From NCBI GenBank assembly GCA_963740085.1, contig CAVUCU010000004.1, positions 192,001 to 256,000 on the forward strand: a stretch of DNA of 64,000 nucleotides. The letters run 5' to 3'. This document shows, one piece after another, positions 60,496 through 64,000 of the stretch (position 1 is its first letter; each line of letters begins with the position of its first letter). Below the pieces are notes generated by a model, which saw only the letters and a program-made list of their open reading frames with translations, was not told where the DNA came from and searched no databases. The DNA is from Nitrospirota bacterium (GTDB lineage: Bacteria; Nitrospirota; UBA9217). Both the position numbers and the translations under genes were made by a program.

Positions 60496-60507
60496 CGGAG
60501 GTCGTGA

Positions 60508-61749
60508 ATGATGAATAAGACAAACCTGAAGATAATCTGTATGACCTTCCTGCTTATCGCCGGCGTTGCTGTCATGGCGGATGTGTCGTCGGCAGCGACC
60601 TACACTCTCCGGGCCGATAGGGCGAATCTCACCATGCCCGATGGTACGGTAGTCCCTGTCTGGGGATTTGCCGATGACGTCGCAGGAGCCGGTACGGGTA
60701 CGGTAATGGTCCCGGGCCCCCAGTTGATCGTTCCCGCATTGGACACGACGCTGACGATCAATCTGACGAACAACCTGCCGGTGCCCATTTCTGTGGACAT
60801 CCCGGGTCAACGGTATCCGAACGGCGCGACCCCGACCTATGTAGATGACGGGAAAGGCAATCGGGTAATGTCCTTCACGAATCACATCGCCGCGAATGGA
60901 GGAACAGCGTCACTCACCTTCGCAAACCTCAGACCCGGCGTATTTCTGTATGAGAGCGGCACCAATCCTGCCATGGAGATACCCATGGGACTTTATGGGT
61001 CGCTGATAGTACGCCCGCCTACCGCGGGTCAGGCATACGAACTCAATCCTCCATACAATGTGGACTCAACCTTTGCCAACGAGGCGGTTATTCTGCTGAG
61101 CGAGATAGACCCTCGATTCAACGACTATGTCGATGTCAATGGCACGACAGTCGACGCCGCGAACAAGATCAACTATTCGATAAGCTATGCCCCGATGTAT
61201 TTTCTCATCAACGGGAAGGCTTATCCGCAGACCTCGGACATCTCGGTTCCTCATGGGCAGCGGACGCTCCTGCGCCTTTTGAACGCCAGCGGGCGCAACG
61301 TCATGCCCACGTTCCAGGGAGAGGTTCCCACGGTCATTGCCGAGGACGGCTATTTGCTTAATTACCCCAGGCGCGAATTTGCACCCTCCCTGACCGCGGG
61401 CAAGACACTGGACATTATTTCGGCGCCGAGCGCAACAGGGTATCATGCTTTCTATGATCGTCGTCTGGGCATGTCAAACGCAGGTGTTTATCCCGGCGGC
61501 ATGATCACCTTTCTCGGGGACTTGAACTGCAGCCCGTTAAAAGGAGACGTGAACGGAGACGGCAGAATATCACCTATCGACGCTTTGACTGTCCTCCGTG
61601 CATTTGTCGGGGGAACGACCAATACACTTCCTGCCGGCGCCGATGTCTCTCTCGATCCCGCTTCAGGACTTCCCTGCGGGAATGGGACGATCGATCTGGT
61701 CGACGTCCTTATGCTGCTTCAAAAGGCTACAGGGTTCAACCCTTATTGA
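60508..61749 (+). CDS. Two-domain cupredoxin protein C without copper ligands, with C-terminal dockerin-like module
   Basis: VPGPQLIV, LYESGT...MGLYG.LIVRP, LINGKAYP; GDVNGDGRISPIDALTVLR...GNGTIDLVDVLMLL. Confidence 0.85.
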   Translation: MMNKTNLKIICMTFLLIAGVAVMADVSSAATYTLRADRANLTMPDGTVVPVWGFADDVAGAGTGTVMVPGPQLIVPALDTTLTINLTNNLPVPISVDIPGQRYPNGATPTYVDDGKGNRVMSFTNHIAANGGTASLTFANLRPGVFLYESGTNPAMEIPMGLYGSLIVRPPTAGQAYELNPPYNVDSTFANEAVILLSEIDPRFNDYVDVNGTTVDAANKINYSISYAPMYFLINGKAYPQTSDISVPHGQRTLLRLLNASGRNVMPTFQGEVPTVIAEDGYLLNYPRREFAPSLTAGKTLDIISAPSATGYHAFYDRRLGMSNAGVYPGGMITFLGDLNCSPLKGDVNGDGRISPIDALTVLRAFVGGTTNTLPAGADVSLDPASGLPCGNGTIDLVDVLMLLQKATGFNPY

Positions 61750-61777
61750 CCGGGAGAACGGGGAGTCGGGTGCGTTG

Positions 61778-62269
61778 ATGAGGGATCAAAGGGAGCAAAC
61801 AGGGTCTTTGAAAGAGGCCGTGAAAAACCGACCGGTTTTAATTGCCGCGGGACTCATGATGATTGTGGGTCTGATCACCCAGAGCGGCTGCGTGAGAGTA
61901 AAACCCGTTGATCAGGATACAACTCATCAGCTGACTCCTGCGGAATCTGCGGGCATCGAGATCGTGAGGATCCATCCCTCAGTGGGTGGGCAGATGCTTG
62001 ATCTTCGATATCGCCTGATCGATGTGGAAAAGGCGAAACGCGCCATGAACCGGCAGGCAAAGATCTATCTAATTGATCAGGCAAGCGGTACGAAACTTCC
62101 GATCCCAAACATGGCAAAGGTCGGCAAACTGCTGCAGCGACCGGAACAGACCGGGGGAGACAAGATATTCTGGGTCTTTTTCAGCAATCCCGGGGGCATG
62201 GTCAAGACGGGAGCAAAGGTAACTCTGGTGATCGATGAGATCCGCATCAAGGATATCGTTGTTCAGTAA
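61778..62269 (+). CDS. Putative lipoprotein in the copper-oxidase operon (start uncertain)
   Basis: Hydrophobic stretch + QSGC; MLDLRYRLID.EKA...KVG.L.Q. Confidence 0.7.
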   Translation: MRDQREQTGSLKEAVKNRPVLIAAGLMMIVGLITQSGCVRVKPVDQDTTHQLTPAESAGIEIVRIHPSVGGQMLDLRYRLIDVEKAKRAMNRQAKIYLIDQASGTKLPIPNMAKVGKLLQRPEQTGGDKIFWVFFSNPGGMVKTGAKVTLVIDEIRIKDIVVQ

Positions 62270-63890
62270 TCGCAGTACCTTGAGCCGCAGATTGATCGTC
62301 GCGGTCGCATGCATGGCGGTCTTCTTCTCACCTGGGGCCAATGCATGGTGCGGGGAAATTGCTCAAGAGCTTCTTAAAGAAATAGAAAGCAATGGTCCAA
62401 TCCATGAGTATGCGGTCATTATCAAATTGAGGGGCGTCGTCGGCTACCAGTCGCTCAAGGCATCTGTCGAACAGATGGCTCGCCACGAGCGGGTAAAAAA
62501 AGTGGTCCAGGAAATCAAGGCTGCGACCGACAGATCGCAGCAGAATTTGCGGTCGCATCTCGTCAACCAGGAAACGCTTGGCAAGGTAAGGAACGTAAAG
62601 CACTTCTGGATAGTCAACGGAATAGCCGTAACAGCAACGCCGGAGGCCATAAAAGAACTGGCGTCGCGGGCTGATGTTGAGGAAATTGTGCCGGACAGGA
62701 TCATCACCCTCGGCGCACCGGCCGTTGCTTCCAGCGCGGCTCCTGCTGGATGGAACCTGGACAGGATCGGGGTCCATCCTCTCTGGAACGCGGGATACAC
62801 AGGGCAGGGCGTAGTGGTCGCCACCATGGATACGGGAGTTGATATCAATCAACCTGAACTTGCATCGAAATGGCGTGGAGGAGTGAACAGCTGGTTCGAT
62901 CCCAGCGGAGAACACGGGACCCCCGCTGATGTGAGCGGCCACGGGACCCAGACCATGGGCATCATATTGGCGGGGAATACAGTGGACCATCTCATCGGTG
63001 TTGCTCCTGATGCTAAATGGATTGCGGCCAAGATATTTAATGATGCAGGTGTATCTTTTTCCAGCATCACGCATCAGGCATTTCAGTGGGTCCTCGACCC
63101 TGACGGAGACCCGAATACGAACGACGCTCCCGATATTGTTAACTGCTCCTGGGACCTGAGCAGCAGCGGGACTGTCACCGTTGTGAACCTGGAGTTCCAG
63201 CCTGACGTTCAGGCACTTCAGGCAGCAGGCATTGCGGTCGTCTTTTCAGCGGGCAATGCCGGGCCGCTTTCAAATACTTCGGTCAGTCCGGCGAACTATC
63301 CGGAATCGTTCTCGGTTGGAATGACGGACAGTACGGACATGATAGACCCGCGGAGCAGCAGAGGGCCGTCGGCATTCGACGGAACATCTCTCTATCCGAC
63401 GGTGGTTGCCCCCGGGGCCGGTGTTACGACGACTGACCTCTGGTTCGGCTCAGCGGACCTGAGCACCGTAACGGTGAACGGGTCATCATTTTCCGCTCCC
63501 CACGTTGCGGGCGCAATGGCGCTGCTGCTGTCAAGCAACCCGACCCTGACTGCCGGGCAGATGGAGGACGCGATAAAGCCGACTGCCTGGGACCTCGGAA
63601 CTACGGGGCCTGACAATGATTATGGGTACGGATTTCTGGATGTAGAACGGGCGGCAAGACAATTGAATATTCTGCAGCCGGGCTCAGTCGGTGATGTGGA
63701 CGGCAACGGAGCGCTGGATCTGAATGACGTTTTAATTGATTTAAGGGCGGCGGTCGGGTTTCCGACGAGCACTGTTGAAATGGACAGGATCAAAGCCAGA
63801 GGTGATGTATATCCTCCCGGCGCGCCGGATAATATGATCACGCCGGCGGACGCGCTGACGCTTCTCCGCATGTACGTGGGGGCACACTAA
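62235..63890 (+). CDS. S8 subtilase with propeptide and C-terminal dockerin-like module (start uncertain)
   Basis: MDTG, HGTQTMG, AGN, GSSFSAPHVAG; GDVDGNGALDLNDVLIDLR...GDVYP...DNMITPADALTLLR. Confidence 0.9.
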   Translation: MRSASRISLFSNRSTLSRRLIVAVACMAVFFSPGANAWCGEIAQELLKEIESNGPIHEYAVIIKLRGVVGYQSLKASVEQMARHERVKKVVQEIKAATDRSQQNLRSHLVNQETLGKVRNVKHFWIVNGIAVTATPEAIKELASRADVEEIVPDRIITLGAPAVASSAAPAGWNLDRIGVHPLWNAGYTGQGVVVATMDTGVDINQPELASKWRGGVNSWFDPSGEHGTPADVSGHGTQTMGIILAGNTVDHLIGVAPDAKWIAAKIFNDAGVSFSSITHQAFQWVLDPDGDPNTNDAPDIVNCSWDLSSSGTVTVVNLEFQPDVQALQAAGIAVVFSAGNAGPLSNTSVSPANYPESFSVGMTDSTDMIDPRSSRGPSAFDGTSLYPTVVAPGAGVTTTDLWFGSADLSTVTVNGSSFSAPHVAGAMALLLSSNPTLTAGQMEDAIKPTAWDLGTTGPDNDYGYGFLDVERAARQLNILQPGSVGDVDGNGALDLNDVLIDLRAAVGFPTSTVEMDRIKARGDVYPPGAPDNMITPADALTLLRMYVGAH

Positions 63891-63975
63891 GGGAATGATC
63901 CGTTGAAACGGTTAGTCTGCAAAACTGTTAAATGAGCAAATAAAATAATTTATCGCGATGAAGGAGGAACATCAA

Positions 63976-64000
63976 ATGAAAAAGAGATTCAGTGTTTACG
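63976..64000 (+). CDS. Start of the next operon gene (MKKRFSVY...), truncated by the window
   Basis: AAGGAGG RBS + ATG, basic N-terminus. Confidence 0.55.

Overview
GC-rich bacterial chromosomal window; gene content and order suggest Nitrospirota or a Desulfobacterota-like lineage (inference only). No rRNA, tRNA, CRISPR array or transposase was seen. Left part (1-27 kb): DEAD-box helicase; a wHTH-MNT/HEPN pair whose catalytic motifs are both degenerate, followed by two unannotated 19-21 aa Lys/Ala-rich micro-ORFs; ftsB; a GH57; an atypical PilMNOP/secretin/pseudopilin (T2SS-like) cluster whose secretin ends in a cohesin-like domain; then housekeeping genes (glmU, glmS, uvrD/pcrA, gatC-panD-gatA-gatB). 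Middle (27-52 kb): ExbB/ExbD/TonB/TonB-dependent receptor/lipoprotein operon, a diguanylate cyclase, and a Mo/W redox region (AOR, SorAB-like, IorAB-like, XdhC, MocA, MoeA-like, diheme peroxidase). Right end (52-64 kb): a sigma54-type operon encoding a 1712-aa beta-helix surface protein, three paralogous two-cupredoxin-domain proteins with complementary copper-ligand sets (a putative heterotrimeric split multicopper oxidase), a lipoprotein and an S8 protease. Three of these proteins end in dockerin-like modules. Best candidate for a new system: a non-cellulosomal cohesin/dockerin extracellular copper-oxidase assembly possibly linked to the cohesin-bearing secretin. About eight +1 frameshifts, several in essential genes, point to sequencing indels rather than pseudogenes. 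Intergenic spaces carry many 7-mer and 9-mer periodic inverted-repeat hairpins.
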